A DNA stretch of 64,000 nucleotides, from contig CAWHNA010000003.1 of NCBI GenBank assembly GCA_963830585.1, positions 792,903 through 856,902 on the forward strand, read 5' to 3'. Positions 25,941 to 36,946 of the stretch are shown piece by piece. The DNA comes from an uncultured Chloroflexia bacterium. Lineage in GTDB: Bacteria; Chloroflexota; Anaerolineae; Anaerolineales; Villigracilaceae. Made by a program: the position numbers and the translations under genes. A model generated the notes under the pieces. It worked only from the letters and a program-made list of their open reading frames with translations. It did no database searches and was not told the origin of the DNA. Position 1 is the first letter of the stretch, and each line of letters opens with the position of its first letter.

Positions 25941-26696
25941 ATGTTTAAAATCATGTTTTCCCGGCGCTGGCTGCCTACCACTCTGCTTGTGGTTGTCGCA
26001 TTGGTTGTGACGATTCTCATGGGGTTCTGGCAGCTTGACCGGGCACACGCCAGCCAGGCATCCGATGATCATTTGCTGGCTATGCAAAAGGCGCCCTTGC
26101 TGGTTCTGGACGAGGCAGCCTTGACTTTGGATTTGACGGGAATGGAATACCGCCAGGTTACCGTAAATGGCACCTATGATTTCGACCGCCAGGTAGCCTT
26201 ACGTAACCAGTACTGGGGCGACTCCGATGGACCGGCTCAATATGGTTTCCATCTTTTCACTCCTCTCATCTTGAATTCCGGTCAGGCAGTGTTGGTTGAC
26301 CGGGGGTGGATACCGGGTGAGTACAACACCCCGAACTCTTGGAGTAGGTTCAACGAGTTGAATATAAGCGAAATTACAGGGGTCATTCGCGTCCCGGTTC
26401 TAAAAGGCGAAATTGGCAGTGGTGTGCCGAACCCTACCCCCAATCCTGGGCAGCCGCTCGCATTTTGGAACTATATCGACTTGGATCGGATCCAGTCGCA
26501 AATCCAATACCAACTCCTTCCAATATATATCGAACAGGCTCCGCTTGGAGGTTCGGTCGCTCTACCGTATCGGTCTCTGCCGACGATCGTCCTGGATGAC
26601 GTACCCCACAGGGGCTATGCCTTGATGTGGGCTTTCTTTACCTGCCTGCTCCTCTTCGGGTATCCTGTCTTTCTGCGCAGACATTTCATTCCCTGA
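25941..26696 (+). CDS. SURF1 family cytochrome oxidase assembly protein
   Basis: 251 aa with FWQLDRA after the first TM, LVDRGWIP, and a C-terminal TM preceded by HRGYALMW. Confidence 0.8.
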   Translation: MFKIMFSRRWLPTTLLVVVALVVTILMGFWQLDRAHASQASDDHLLAMQKAPLLVLDEAALTLDLTGMEYRQVTVNGTYDFDRQVALRNQYWGDSDGPAQYGFHLFTPLILNSGQAVLVDRGWIPGEYNTPNSWSRFNELNISEITGVIRVPVLKGEIGSGVPNPTPNPGQPLAFWNYIDLDRIQSQIQYQLLPIYIEQAPLGGSVALPYRSLPTIVLDDVPHRGYALMWAFFTCLLLFGYPVFLRRHFIP

Positions 26697-26792
26697 TTGG
26701 GCACCCCAACGTTGCGAAAAGTGAGATGAAATAAAGATAATTGATATTATAATTATCTCAATAATCGGTCCAATTCACGCGGTTTTTATTCA

Positions 26793-28250
26793 ATGTCCGA
26801 ACTAATTCTTGTTACTGGCGCAACAGGGTACATCGGCGGGCGTTTGGTTCCCCGGTTGCTCGAATCCGGCTACCGCGTTCGCTGTCTGGTTCGGGATGCT
26901 GCCCGTTTACAGGGATTTCCCTGGCTCACTCAAGTGGAAGTTGTTCAGGGGGACGCGCTCGACCCGGCCTCACTGCTCGAAGCAATGCATGACGTTTCGT
27001 CGGCCTATTATCTCATCCATGGGATGCAGGGGAATAAGAAGGACGCAGGGCGTGACCTGTCTGCCGCCCATAATTTTGCAGACGCAGGTGCACAGGCTGG
27101 CCTGGGACGCATTATCTATTTGGGAGAACTGGTTGATCCAACTGCTCATCTTTCCTCATATCTGATTTCCCGCAACGAAACCGGACAGATCTTGCGTCAG
27201 GGCAGGGTCCCGGTCACTGAGTTTCGGGCGGGGATGGTGGTTGGGTCAGGCTCGGCACTTTTTGAAATGATCCGTTATTTGACGGAACGCCAGCCTGTAT
27301 TGTTCTGTCCCCAATGGTTCTATTCTTTGGCACAACCGGTCGCCATCCGGGATGTGCTTGCCTATCTCATCGAGGCTCTCAAAACTCCCGCAAGCCTTGG
27401 GGAAGTGATTGAAATTGGTGGAGCTAGTCGGCTGTGCTATGCTGACATGTTGCGTGGATACGCGCGTGAGCGCGGCTTTAATAGAGTTCTCCTTCGCACG
27501 CCATTCTATACGCCGCGGTTTTCCGCATACTGGGTGCATATGATGACGCCTATCCATTGGCGGATAATTCTGCCTTTGATCGAAGGCTTGCATGCCGAAA
27601 TGATCGTGCATGACGATTTGGCTCATCGACTTTTTCCGAATATCCATCCCATCGATTTTCAAACTGCCTTGCATCTCGCCCTGGAGCGTGTCCAGAGCGA
27701 TACCGTGGAGACTTCCTGGAGCGACGCCCTGGTTGTTACGCAGGGTAATACCCGCCCCTTGATTTTGACCACCACGGATGGGATGATGTTCGAAAGACGT
27801 GCCCTTGTCCTTGACCTGCCCTGTGCTCCCGTTTTTCGGGCTTTTACAGGCCTGGGAGGGGAGCGCGGTTGGCTGTACCTGAACTGGTCCTGGGAAATTC
27901 GCGGCTGGTTGGATAAATTGGTCGGTGGTGTGGGACTGCGTCGCGGGCGTCGACACCCGGATGATCTCCGGGTTGGGGAAGCGCTGGATTTTTGGCGTGT
28001 CGAGGCGGTTGAACCCGATCGGATTATCCGTTTGAGAGCTGAAATGAAATTACCTGGCAAGGCCTGGCTAGAGTTTCAATCCATTCCGCAGCCTGCTGGA
28101 AACACTCAGTTGACCCAAACAGCGTATTTTGCCCCGCGTGGGCTTGGAGGTTTTTTCTACTGGTACCTGCTGTACCCGATTCACAGCATCATTTTTAGCG
28201 GTCTAATTCGTAAAGTTGCCGACCGGGCTCAAAAACTGGCTCGAGCATAA
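26793..28250 (+). CDS. NAD(P)-binding SDR/NmrA-like protein with C-terminal DUF2867-like domain (paralog 1)
   Basis: LVTGATGYIGGRLV Rossmann motif. The C-terminal half (GWLYLNWSWEIRGWLDKLVGGVGLRRGRR..DFWRVE..YFAPRGLGGFFYWY) matches my memory of DUF2867. Confidence 0.7.
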   Translation: MSELILVTGATGYIGGRLVPRLLESGYRVRCLVRDAARLQGFPWLTQVEVVQGDALDPASLLEAMHDVSSAYYLIHGMQGNKKDAGRDLSAAHNFADAGAQAGLGRIIYLGELVDPTAHLSSYLISRNETGQILRQGRVPVTEFRAGMVVGSGSALFEMIRYLTERQPVLFCPQWFYSLAQPVAIRDVLAYLIEALKTPASLGEVIEIGGASRLCYADMLRGYARERGFNRVLLRTPFYTPRFSAYWVHMMTPIHWRIILPLIEGLHAEMIVHDDLAHRLFPNIHPIDFQTALHLALERVQSDTVETSWSDALVVTQGNTRPLILTTTDGMMFERRALVLDLPCAPVFRAFTGLGGERGWLYLNWSWEIRGWLDKLVGGVGLRRGRRHPDDLRVGEALDFWRVEAVEPDRIIRLRAEMKLPGKAWLEFQSIPQPAGNTQLTQTAYFAPRGLGGFFYWYLLYPIHSIIFSGLIRKVADRAQKLARA

Positions 28251-28259
28251 AGGATTATC

Positions 28260-29696
28260 GTGGGACAACCCAGGTTGGTTTTAGTTACAGGTGTGACCGG
28301 CTATATTGGCAGTCGTCTGGTCCCCATTTTGCTGGAAAAGGGAAATCGGGTCCGTGTCCTTGTCCGTGACAAAGCACGCATATCAGGTCGGTCTTGGCGA
28401 TCGCAGGTGGAAGTGGCGGACGGAGATATTCTCTCCTCCGAAGTTCTTAACCAGGCCATGCAGGGGGTATCCACTGCATATTACCTTGTTCACAACATGA
28501 TTAGCGGAAGAGATTATTATCAGCGCGAACTGGAATCCGCGCGAAATTTTGCCAAATATTCGGGGGAAAATAACGTGGGACATATCATTTATTTGGGCGG
28601 GCTTGCCGACCCTGCTGATGATATTGGCAGGCATTTACGATCCCGCATAAACACCGGGGAAATACTCCGCCAGGGGAGCGTTCCCGTAACCGAATTTCGT
28701 GCCAGCCTGGTTATTGGATCAGGCAGTATTTCATTTGAGCTGATCCGCTATCTGACCGAGCAATTTCCAATCCTTTTCGGTCCTCTATGGATTCATAACC
28801 ACACTCAGCCGATTGCGGTTCAAAACGTCCTTGACTATCTCATATCTGCATTGGATATCCCGATTTGCCGCGGAAAAATATACGAAATTGGTGGCAGAGA
28901 TGTTCTTAGCTATGCGGAAGTAATGTCGGTCTACGCGTGTTTGCGGGGTTTGAAGCGCTGGATTGTCGCTTTGCCAGGAATCTCTGTTAATTTTATGGGC
29001 TATATGGCAGGAAAACTTACGCCCGTTCCCGCAGAAATTGCCGGTCCCTTGCTCGGCGGGATGCGCAGTGACAGCGTGGTAAGGGATAACTCGGCTCAGC
29101 TCGATTTTCCAAATATACACTCCTTTGATTATAAGACCTCGGTTTCGATGGCGCTGGCATCTCTTTCTCCAGGAAATCTTGAATTCATCCGGGATAATCA
29201 TGCATCCGGGTTTAGAATTAACCGGGAAGGTTTTTTTGTTGAAGGTCAGCAGGTCAAAATCGGTATTCCGCGTGAGGCCGTCTTTCGAACCATCATCGGA
29301 CTGGGAGGCAAAGCCGGTTGGTTATATTTGAACTGGCTGTGGAAATTACGCGGCTTTCTTGACAGGTTGGTGGGAGGTCCAGGATTGCGCGGTCGACGGG
29401 ATACTGATTCTCTCATGCAAGGCGATGTTCTGGATTTTTATCGGGTGGAAGCCCTGGAGTTTGGAGAAAGACTGCAATTGAAAGCCGAAATGAAATCACC
29501 CGGCTTGGGTTGGATGGAATGGCGCGTTAACGAAAAACCTGGTGGCGAGCTATTCTTAACCCAGATTGCGTATTTTGCACCCCGCGGGTTCCTTGGTTTT
29601 CTTTATTGGTATACCTTGCTCCCTGTTCATCGTCTAGTTTTTAATGGCCTGGTTGGAGCGATTATCCGTAAGTCCACGGAAACTCAAAACAGTTAA
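28260..29696 (+). CDS. NAD(P)-binding SDR/NmrA-like protein with C-terminal DUF2867-like domain (paralog 2)
   Basis: GTG start 9 nt after paralog 1. It is colinear with paralog 1 along its full length (LVTGVTGYIGSRLV..GWLYLNWLWKLRGFLDRLVGGPGLRGRR..YFAPRGFLGFLYWY). Confidence 0.7.
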   Translation: MGQPRLVLVTGVTGYIGSRLVPILLEKGNRVRVLVRDKARISGRSWRSQVEVADGDILSSEVLNQAMQGVSTAYYLVHNMISGRDYYQRELESARNFAKYSGENNVGHIIYLGGLADPADDIGRHLRSRINTGEILRQGSVPVTEFRASLVIGSGSISFELIRYLTEQFPILFGPLWIHNHTQPIAVQNVLDYLISALDIPICRGKIYEIGGRDVLSYAEVMSVYACLRGLKRWIVALPGISVNFMGYMAGKLTPVPAEIAGPLLGGMRSDSVVRDNSAQLDFPNIHSFDYKTSVSMALASLSPGNLEFIRDNHASGFRINREGFFVEGQQVKIGIPREAVFRTIIGLGGKAGWLYLNWLWKLRGFLDRLVGGPGLRGRRDTDSLMQGDVLDFYRVEALEFGERLQLKAEMKSPGLGWMEWRVNEKPGGELFLTQIAYFAPRGFLGFLYWYTLLPVHRLVFNGLVGAIIRKSTETQNS

Positions 29697-29727
29697 TGGA
29701 TCTTTTTCGGAGAGAGGAGTCGCAGAA

Positions 29728-30765
29728 ATGAATATAAACTTCAAAATGTGGGACAAGGCACTTTCCACCCTGGTAAAAATGGACACTAAGCAGGAGTGGG
29801 ATGCGCTGGACGCAGTTTCCAAATGGCTGATTGCCACCCGCTCTGCAGTTACCACCGTGACGGTTTATGCCTGCGCCATTGCCGGGCTTCTTGCCTTGCG
29901 TGATCATTATTTTGCATTCATTCCCTGGTTGATTGTGTCCTTAGGCCTGTTCATCGCGCATGGCACGAACAACCTGCTCAATGATTACACCGATTTCACC
30001 CGGGGAGTGGACAAGGACAACTATTTTCGTACTCAGTACGGGGTTCACCCCCTGGTGCAGGCATTTTGGACACGGCGGCAGCAAATTTCATGGTTCCTGG
30101 TCAGTGGTGTCCTTGCATTCATCACCGGCATTTATGCTCTTTTCTATACCAATTTTTCTATCGCGGTGATCGGTCTGTTCGCCTTTGGGGCATTGATTTT
30201 GTTGTTCTACACCTGGCCGCTCAAATACTTGGGTCTGGGCGAACTGCTTATTTTTCTGATCTGGGGCCCCATTCTGATTGCAGGCGTTTATATTGTCCTG
30301 GCTCGTGGTTGGACGGCGGGTGTTTGGAATATTGCCCTGGCAGCTGTCCCATATGGGTTGAGTGTCCTCAGCATAAATCTTGGAAAGCATATTGACAAAT
30401 CTGTTGAGGATAAGAAAAAAGGGGTCGGTACCCTCCCAGTCCGGATTGGCGAAAAGGCGGCACGCTACCTGAACATCGCTGTCTTCATCCTCATTTACGG
30501 CATCATCATATACCTGGTTTTTGTACCGCAATTTTTCACACCCGTGATGCTCATCGTGGTACTGGCAGGGAAACGTCTGCTGTATGCGGTGGGTGCGCTT
30601 GCCAAACCCCGCCCGGCGGAGCCTCCCAAGGAATGGCCTGGCTGGCCTACCTGGTTCTCAGCTTTTGCTTTCTACCATAACCGCTTGTTTGAAAACCTTT
30701 TCCTTTTGGGTTTGCTTGCGGATACCATGCTGCGCTTATTTACAAATTTTTGGCCGGTGAGGTGA
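29728..30765 (+). CDS. UbiA-family aromatic prenyltransferase (MenA-like)
   Basis: ATG 29728 follows GGAGAGAGGAG. It is polytopic, with first Asp-rich motif NNLLNDYTDFTRGVD. The track start at 29644 overlaps the previous gene and is rejected. Confidence 0.7.
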   Translation: MNINFKMWDKALSTLVKMDTKQEWDALDAVSKWLIATRSAVTTVTVYACAIAGLLALRDHYFAFIPWLIVSLGLFIAHGTNNLLNDYTDFTRGVDKDNYFRTQYGVHPLVQAFWTRRQQISWFLVSGVLAFITGIYALFYTNFSIAVIGLFAFGALILLFYTWPLKYLGLGELLIFLIWGPILIAGVYIVLARGWTAGVWNIALAAVPYGLSVLSINLGKHIDKSVEDKKKGVGTLPVRIGEKAARYLNIAVFILIYGIIIYLVFVPQFFTPVMLIVVLAGKRLLYAVGALAKPRPAEPPKEWPGWPTWFSAFAFYHNRLFENLFLLGLLADTMLRLFTNFWPVR

Positions 30766-30778
30766 TTTCCTCACCCCT

Positions 30779-33700
30779 ATGAAATTCTCCGCCCGCTTGA
30801 TATCGCTCGCCCGGGACAGCCGCCTTGCCCTGGGCTTTGCAATTCTTTGCGGGCTGCTGACTGGTTTATTGACGATTGCCCAGGCAGCCGGGCTGACCCG
30901 CATCATAAATGGGGTCTTCTTGCTTGGGCAGCGATTACCTGATGTAACCGGCACTGTACAACTTTTAATTCTTATCGTTTTTTTACGTGCATTCCTGGCA
31001 TGGGGGAGCGAAGTCAGTTCAACCGCAGTCGCGGTCCGCGTGAAAAGCGACTTGCGCCGGCGTTTGTATGACAAAATCCAGCGGCTGGGTCCTGCATTCA
31101 CCCGGGGCGAGCGCACCGGGGAGTTGGTCACCGCAGCTGTCACGGGAGTCGATTTGCTGGATGCCTATTTCAGCCAGTACCTGCCGCAGTTATTCATCGC
31201 CGTTCTTGTTCCATTATCCATTTTGACGGTAGTCTTTCCTCGGGATTTGCTTTCAGGGCTTGTGTTGCTGCTGACTGCGCCGCTCATCCCGGTATTCATG
31301 GTTCTGATCGGAAAGACCGCTGAAAAGCTTACCAAGCGACAGTGGGATACACTGGGTCTCCTGGGTGCACATTTCCTCGACAGCTTGCAGGGGTTGACCA
31401 CCCTGAAGGAACTGGGTCGCAGTCGGGAGCATGTCAACTCGATTTCCGCGGCTGGTGATCACTTCCGGGATCGAACCTTGAGCGTCCTGCGTATTACCTT
31501 CCTTTCGGCGTTGGTGCTGGAGCTGGTATCCACATTGAGCACGGCAGTGGTAGCAGTTGAGGTGGGACTGCGCCTCCTGTATGGACAGCTTGTCTTTCAG
31601 CAGGCTTTTTTCCTGCTGCTCCTTGCCCCCGAATTTTACCTTCCCTTGCGGACGCTGGGCTTGCGCTTCCATGCTGGCATGTCAGGGACAACCGCTGCGC
31701 TCCGTATTTTTGAATTGTTAGATACTCCTGAATCGATTGATCAGGGATCGGGATTGAGGGATCAGGTCCCAAAACTTCTCCCTTCAATAATACCTTCCGT
31801 GATCGCCTTTGAACACCTTTCTTACACATACCCTGGTGAATCGGTCCCCGCCCTGGAAAACATTACATTGGAGATCAAGGCTGGAGAGCACGTCGCCCTC
31901 GCGGGGCTGAGCGGCGCAGGGAAAAGTACGCTGGCGGGCTTGCTGCTTCGATTTATAAATCCAGTGATCGGTCGGATCACGATTGACCATGTACCTCTAG
32001 GAGAATTTCCCTCGAATCCTGGCGCCGTCAGGTTGCATGGGTTCCACAGGATCCATTCCTTTTCCATGACACGCTCGCTGCCAATTTACGCCTCGCCATG
32101 CCTGGTGCCACTGACAGGCAGCTTGACACAGCAGTGGCTGCTGCCCACCTGGATGAGTTGATACGATCCCTGCCGCAAGGATATGAAACGGTTATTGGTG
32201 AAAAAGGTGCGCGTTTAAGCAGCGGGCAGGCGCAGCGGGTCGCCCTCGCTCGAGCCTTCTTGAAAAATGCTCCCATTTTGATCCTTGATGAGCCAACCTC
32301 CAGCCTTGACCCACAGCAGGAGGCGCTGGTCGAATCCTCATCCCATGTCCTGATGCAAGGTCGGACGGTCATCACGATCGCCCACCGGCTGAACACGATC
32401 ATTCATGCTGACCGGATTTTTGTCCTGGATCAGGGAACCCTTGTGGAAGCTGGCACTCATTCCGAGCTGCTGGCGCGCAATGGGTTTTACACGCGTTTGG
32501 TGGGTCCAATGGAGCAAATGCCGGAAATCCAAACCCATTTGCAAAAAACCGCAGAACAGGTTGAATTTATTCCCTCGGATTTTCAAAAGGTTGGGCCTGT
32601 TGACCGTCCAAATCCTGGAGGTCGTTCGTTGATTTTTCGCCTGCTCGGTTTTCTCAAGGGTTCCTGGGGCTGGGTGGCACTTTCAGTACTGCTTGGCGCG
32701 CTCACGGTCGGCAGTAATGTCGGCTTGATGGGGACTTCCGCTTTCCTGATTTCATCTGCGGCACTCCACCCGGATTTGGGTGCATTACAGGTGGCAATTG
32801 TTGGTGTCCGTTTCTTCGGGATCACCCGTGGCGTGTTTCGATACGCCGAGCGCCTGACTTCCCATGATGTGACTTTTCGTCTCCTGGCTCGACTTCGCAC
32901 CTGGTTTTTCCAGGCGTTGGAACCGCTTGCCCCTGCTCGTTTGCTGGAATATCGCTCTGGTGATTTGCTGGCTCGCATCATATCCGATGTGGAATCTCTT
33001 GAATACTTTTATGTGCGTGGGCTCGCTCCACCGCTCGTGGCAGCGCTGGTCGCCGCAGGGATGACGGTTTTCTTTGCCCTTGTCGATATGCGCCTGGCAT
33101 GGGTTTATCTTGCCTTTATGCTCCTCCTTGGGATTGGGCTTCCGATGCTGATGTGGATCCTCAGTCGCCGACCCGGGACCGAGCTTGTTGCCCGCCGCGC
33201 AGTCCTCCAATCCCGCTTGGTGGAAGGCATCCAGGGGCTGGCAGACATCCTTGCGTTTGGTCGGGGTGGCTCCTGGTCTGAGGGTCTCGCGGCTGATGGA
33301 AACGCCTGCAATCAAACCCAAAGGGATCTCGCATCTCTCACTGGAATTTCAAATGCGTCGTCGATCATGCTTGTCAATCTGGGAATGCTGGCAGTATTGA
33401 TGCTTGCCATCCCAATAGTAGCAGCCGGACATATCACCGGGGTGATGCTGGGGGTTCTAACGTTGTCAGCCCTTGCTGGATTTGAAGCGGTTATTCCGCT
33501 TGCGCCTGCGGCACTGACCCTGGCATCGAGCTTTCAGTCCGCCCGCAGGTTGTTCGATGTCGTGGATGCCGCCCCCGCTGTTCGCGATCCGCTGGGTGGG
33601 GACAGGGTTTCGCACGCTCCGCAGTTCAACGCAAATCACGATTTAATAATATCGAATCTCAGTTTCACCTATCCTGGTCAACCTGTCCCTGCTTTGCAGG

Positions 33701-34386
33701 AGATTACTTTCCAACTGCCTCCCGGTAAAAGGATTGCCATTGTTGGACCGAGTGGGGCGGGGAAGTCCACCTTGATTAATCTATTGCTTCGCTTTTGGGA
33801 CTATTCGCAGGGAAGGATATTGCTGGATGGGCACGATTTCCATGAATATACCCAGGAGCATATCCGTGATTTGTTCAGCGTAATCTCCCAAAGATCGTAT
33901 TTTTTTAACGATACGATTCGCCGGAATTTGCTCCTTGCCAGGCCCGCCGCAACCGGCTCAGATCTCCAGTTTGCAACTCAAATTGCGCATATCCATGATT
34001 TCATTGCAGGTTTACCCGATGGGTATGAGACGATTATCGGCGAACGCGGTTTCCGCCTGAGTGGTGGCGAACGTCAGAGATTGGCGATTGCACGTGCTGT
34101 TCTTAAAAATGCATCGATAATGATGCTTGATGAACCCACCGCAAATCTTGATCCGCACACCGAGAGGCAATTTCTAGACACGCTTTTCACACAGGTGCGC
34201 TCTAAATCACTCCTGCTGATCACCCACCGGTTGGTGGGGCTGGAAAATGTGGATGAGATCCTGGTTCTTGATCATGGACGCATGATCGCCAGCGGTTCCC
34301 ACGGACAACTGCTCGCCATGGATGGACTCTATCGCCGTTTATGGGATTTCCAGAACCGCATCCTTACATATGAAAAGGAGTCTTGA
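30779..34386 (+). pseudogene. cydDC: fused CydD-CydC thiol-reductant ABC exporter (two TMD-NBD halves in one frame), one frame break
   Basis: Half 1 has a TMD plus Walker A GLSGAGKST. The frame is lost after ..IDHVPLGEFPS at about 32015-32021 and resumes as WRRQVAWVPQDPFLFHDTLAANLRLAMPGATDRQL..LSSGQAQRV..ILILDEPTS. There is no stop before half 2 (TMD, GPSGAGKST, LSGGERQR, MMLDEPT). Span length is 3n+2. Confidence 0.8.
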
Positions 34387-34391
34387 ACCGC

Positions 34392-34420
34392 TTGCACCAC
34401 CTTTGTTTACATGCTATAAT
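34392..34420 (+). promoter_or_regulatory. candidate promoter of rho (leaves an ~170-nt C-rich leader)
   Basis: TTGCAC (34392-34397), 17-nt spacer, TATAAT (34415-34420). Confidence 0.5.
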
Positions 34421-34591
34421 TCACTCGATCTTGGAAGCTTGGTTCATCCTGTCTGGATGACAAGTTGATATATCTGAACCCTTACCCAACTTCTTAAAAT
34501 CGAAATCCCCACTCTAGCCCGCCCGGGGGGCGCTTGTCCTTTGAGTATTCCCTTATTCCCAATCCACCTATTCGAACCTTGAGACAGACAA

Positions 34592-35869
34592 ATGAACATT
34601 CTTGAATTGGAAAATAAACCCCTGGCCGAACTGCGCAACATGGCCAAGGAATTCAACGTGCCAAATGCCCACCGGCTTAAAAAAGAAGCTCTCATCCTGA
34701 GTGTTTGCCAGGCTGAGGCGGCCCAGCAAGGTATTGATATGCGCGGGGGCATCCTTGAGATCATGAGCGAGGGGATTGGTTTCCTTCGCTCGGCACGCTA
34801 CAATATTGGCGAAGACGACGTGTACGTCTCGCAGGCGCAGCTCAGGCGTTATGAAATGCGCTCCGGTGACCTGGTGATTGGCCATGTGCGCCCGCCGCGC
34901 GAATCAGAACGGCACTATGGGCTCATCAAGGTTGAATCGGTCAATGGGATCGATCCGGAAGAAGCTCGCCGGCGCCCGCGCTTCGAAGATCTGACACCTA
35001 TTTTCCCCGACCGGCGCTTTGATCTGGAAACCAGGGGTGATATCCTCGCCACCCGCCTGATTAATTTGATCGTCCCCATTGGGCGCGGCCAGCGCGGCTT
35101 GATTGTCTCGCCGCCTAAAGCGGGCAAAACTACCATCTTGAAGCAAATTGCCAACGCGATTTCCACACAATACCCGGATGTGACCCTCATGGTCGCCTTG
35201 ATCGGGGAACGCCCCGAGGAAGTGACCGATATGGATCGCTCCGTGGATGCAGAAGTGGTTGCTTCCACTTTCGACGAACCGGTCACTTCTCATGTCCGCA
35301 CAGCCGAGATCGCCCTGGACCGTGCCAAGCGGCTGACCGAAATTGGCCGCCACGTGGTCATCCTGGTGGACTCGATTACCCGCCTGGCACGCGCCTATAA
35401 CCTGGTTGTCAACCCTTCAGGACGCACGCTTTCAGGCGGCATGGATCCATCTGCTCTCTATCCTCCCAAGCATTTCTTTGGAGCCGCCCGAAACATTGAA
35501 GAAGGCGGGTCGCTGACCATCATTGCCACCTGCCTGGTCGATACTGGTTCCCGTCTGGATGATGTGGTTTATGAAGAGTTTAAAGGTACCGGCAACATGG
35601 AATTGATCCTGACCCGCAAGCTCCAGGAACGGCGCATTTTTCCCGCAGTGGATATCGAGCGTTCCTCCACCCGCCGTGAGGATTTGCTGCTCGGTCCGGA
35701 TATCCTGCAGCGGGTCTGGACAATGCGGCGCATGTACATCCAGATGGTATCCCCGCCTCCGCAGGGTGCCGGGATGGATGCAGCGGTGGCAACCGAAGCA
35801 CTTTTACAGCGAATTTCCAAAACCAAGGACAACCAGGAATTTTTGGAGACCTTGACGGAAGGGTTATGA
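34592..35869 (+). CDS. rho: transcription termination factor Rho
   Basis: 425 aa. Motifs: N-terminal LAELRNMAKEFNV, the RNA-binding domain, Walker A PPKAGKTT, VALIGERPEEV and TGSRLDDVVYEEFKGTGNMEL. Confidence 0.95.
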   Translation: MNILELENKPLAELRNMAKEFNVPNAHRLKKEALILSVCQAEAAQQGIDMRGGILEIMSEGIGFLRSARYNIGEDDVYVSQAQLRRYEMRSGDLVIGHVRPPRESERHYGLIKVESVNGIDPEEARRRPRFEDLTPIFPDRRFDLETRGDILATRLINLIVPIGRGQRGLIVSPPKAGKTTILKQIANAISTQYPDVTLMVALIGERPEEVTDMDRSVDAEVVASTFDEPVTSHVRTAEIALDRAKRLTEIGRHVVILVDSITRLARAYNLVVNPSGRTLSGGMDPSALYPPKHFFGAARNIEEGGSLTIIATCLVDTGSRLDDVVYEEFKGTGNMELILTRKLQERRIFPAVDIERSSTRREDLLLGPDILQRVWTMRRMYIQMVSPPPQGAGMDAAVATEALLQRISKTKDNQEFLETLTEGL

Positions 35870-36940
35870 ACAAATCAGGTGGATTTGGCAGGTCTCCCCG
35901 TCTATTTAGCGGTATTGCCTGGGGAGTGACTTTTTTGGTGGTTGCCTTCCTCCTCGGTTACACAGTCTGGCGGTTGTATCCTTCCGGCGGAGCGCCAGCC
36001 TCGGTAACCTTGCCAACCCTGGAAGTCATCTGCGTCTGTCCCTCTGCCAACTCAAGCTGGGTCTTTAACCGACCCCCTTGCCATCGTCCGAAAAGTGGCT
36101 CTGGTTACTTTTTCCGATAAAAACGTCCGTTACAATGTAGTTCAATATACTGCTAAAACGGGCGATACAGTATCAAGTATTGCAGAATCATATGGGATCA
36201 AGGCCTCTTCTTTATTGTGGTCGAATGCGACCCTGATGCGGAATGGTCCAAATAGTTTGAAGGTGGGTCAGGTCTTGCAAATTCCTCCGGTGGATGGCGT
36301 TCTTTACCAATGGGAAACCGGGGATACCCTTGAGTCAGTAGCGGATAAATTTGGGGTGACTTCCGACGATATCCTGCTTTGGCCGGGGAACAACCTGGAA
36401 CTTCCTAACCCGGATATTTCCCCCAACACCATGGTCATGGTTCCTGGTGGCAAGTCGGATGCGATCCAGTGGGTTTCCGTCTCATATGCGAGCGGAGCCT
36501 CCGGCACATCTTCTGGGTACGCAGGCACGTGCGGGGCAGGAGGCCCGGTGGGTGGTGGCGGCACGCTCATGTGGCCCTCCCCATATCATTACATCAACGG
36601 CGGAAATAATTTTAGCTCTGGTCATTTGGGCATTGACATCTATGCTCCGGAAGGAACGCAGATCACTGCTGCTGACGCTGGCACGGTGGTTTGGTCGTCT
36701 TGGGGAGGGGCTTGGAACGGTGGTTATGGCAATGTCGTTATGATTGACCACAATAACGGTTTTAAAACCTTGTATGGTCACCTCAGTCAGGTGAACGTGG
36801 TTATGTGCGAGAATGTCTACGCAGGTGAACTCATCGGGCTGTCAGGGAATACTGGTAATTCTTTTGGAGCCCACTTGCATTTTGAGGTTCGCCTGGGCGG
36901 AGGATTTATGAATCCCTGGGATTACCTCCCTCCGCAGTAA
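35866..36940 (+). pseudogene. membrane-anchored LysM + M23 (LytM) peptidase, probable frame break in the linker
   Basis: ORF 35866-36120 (ATGA overlap with the rho stop; TM FSGIAWGVTFLVVAFLLGY) and ORF 36095-36940 (LysM repeats YTAKTGDTVSSIAESYGI and WETGDTLESVADKFGV; M23 HLGIDI..GNTGNSFGAHLHFEV) are joined by a +1 shift near 36010-36095. Alternatively these are two genes, with a GTG start at 36095. Confidence 0.6.
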
Positions 36941-36946
36941 TCGTGG

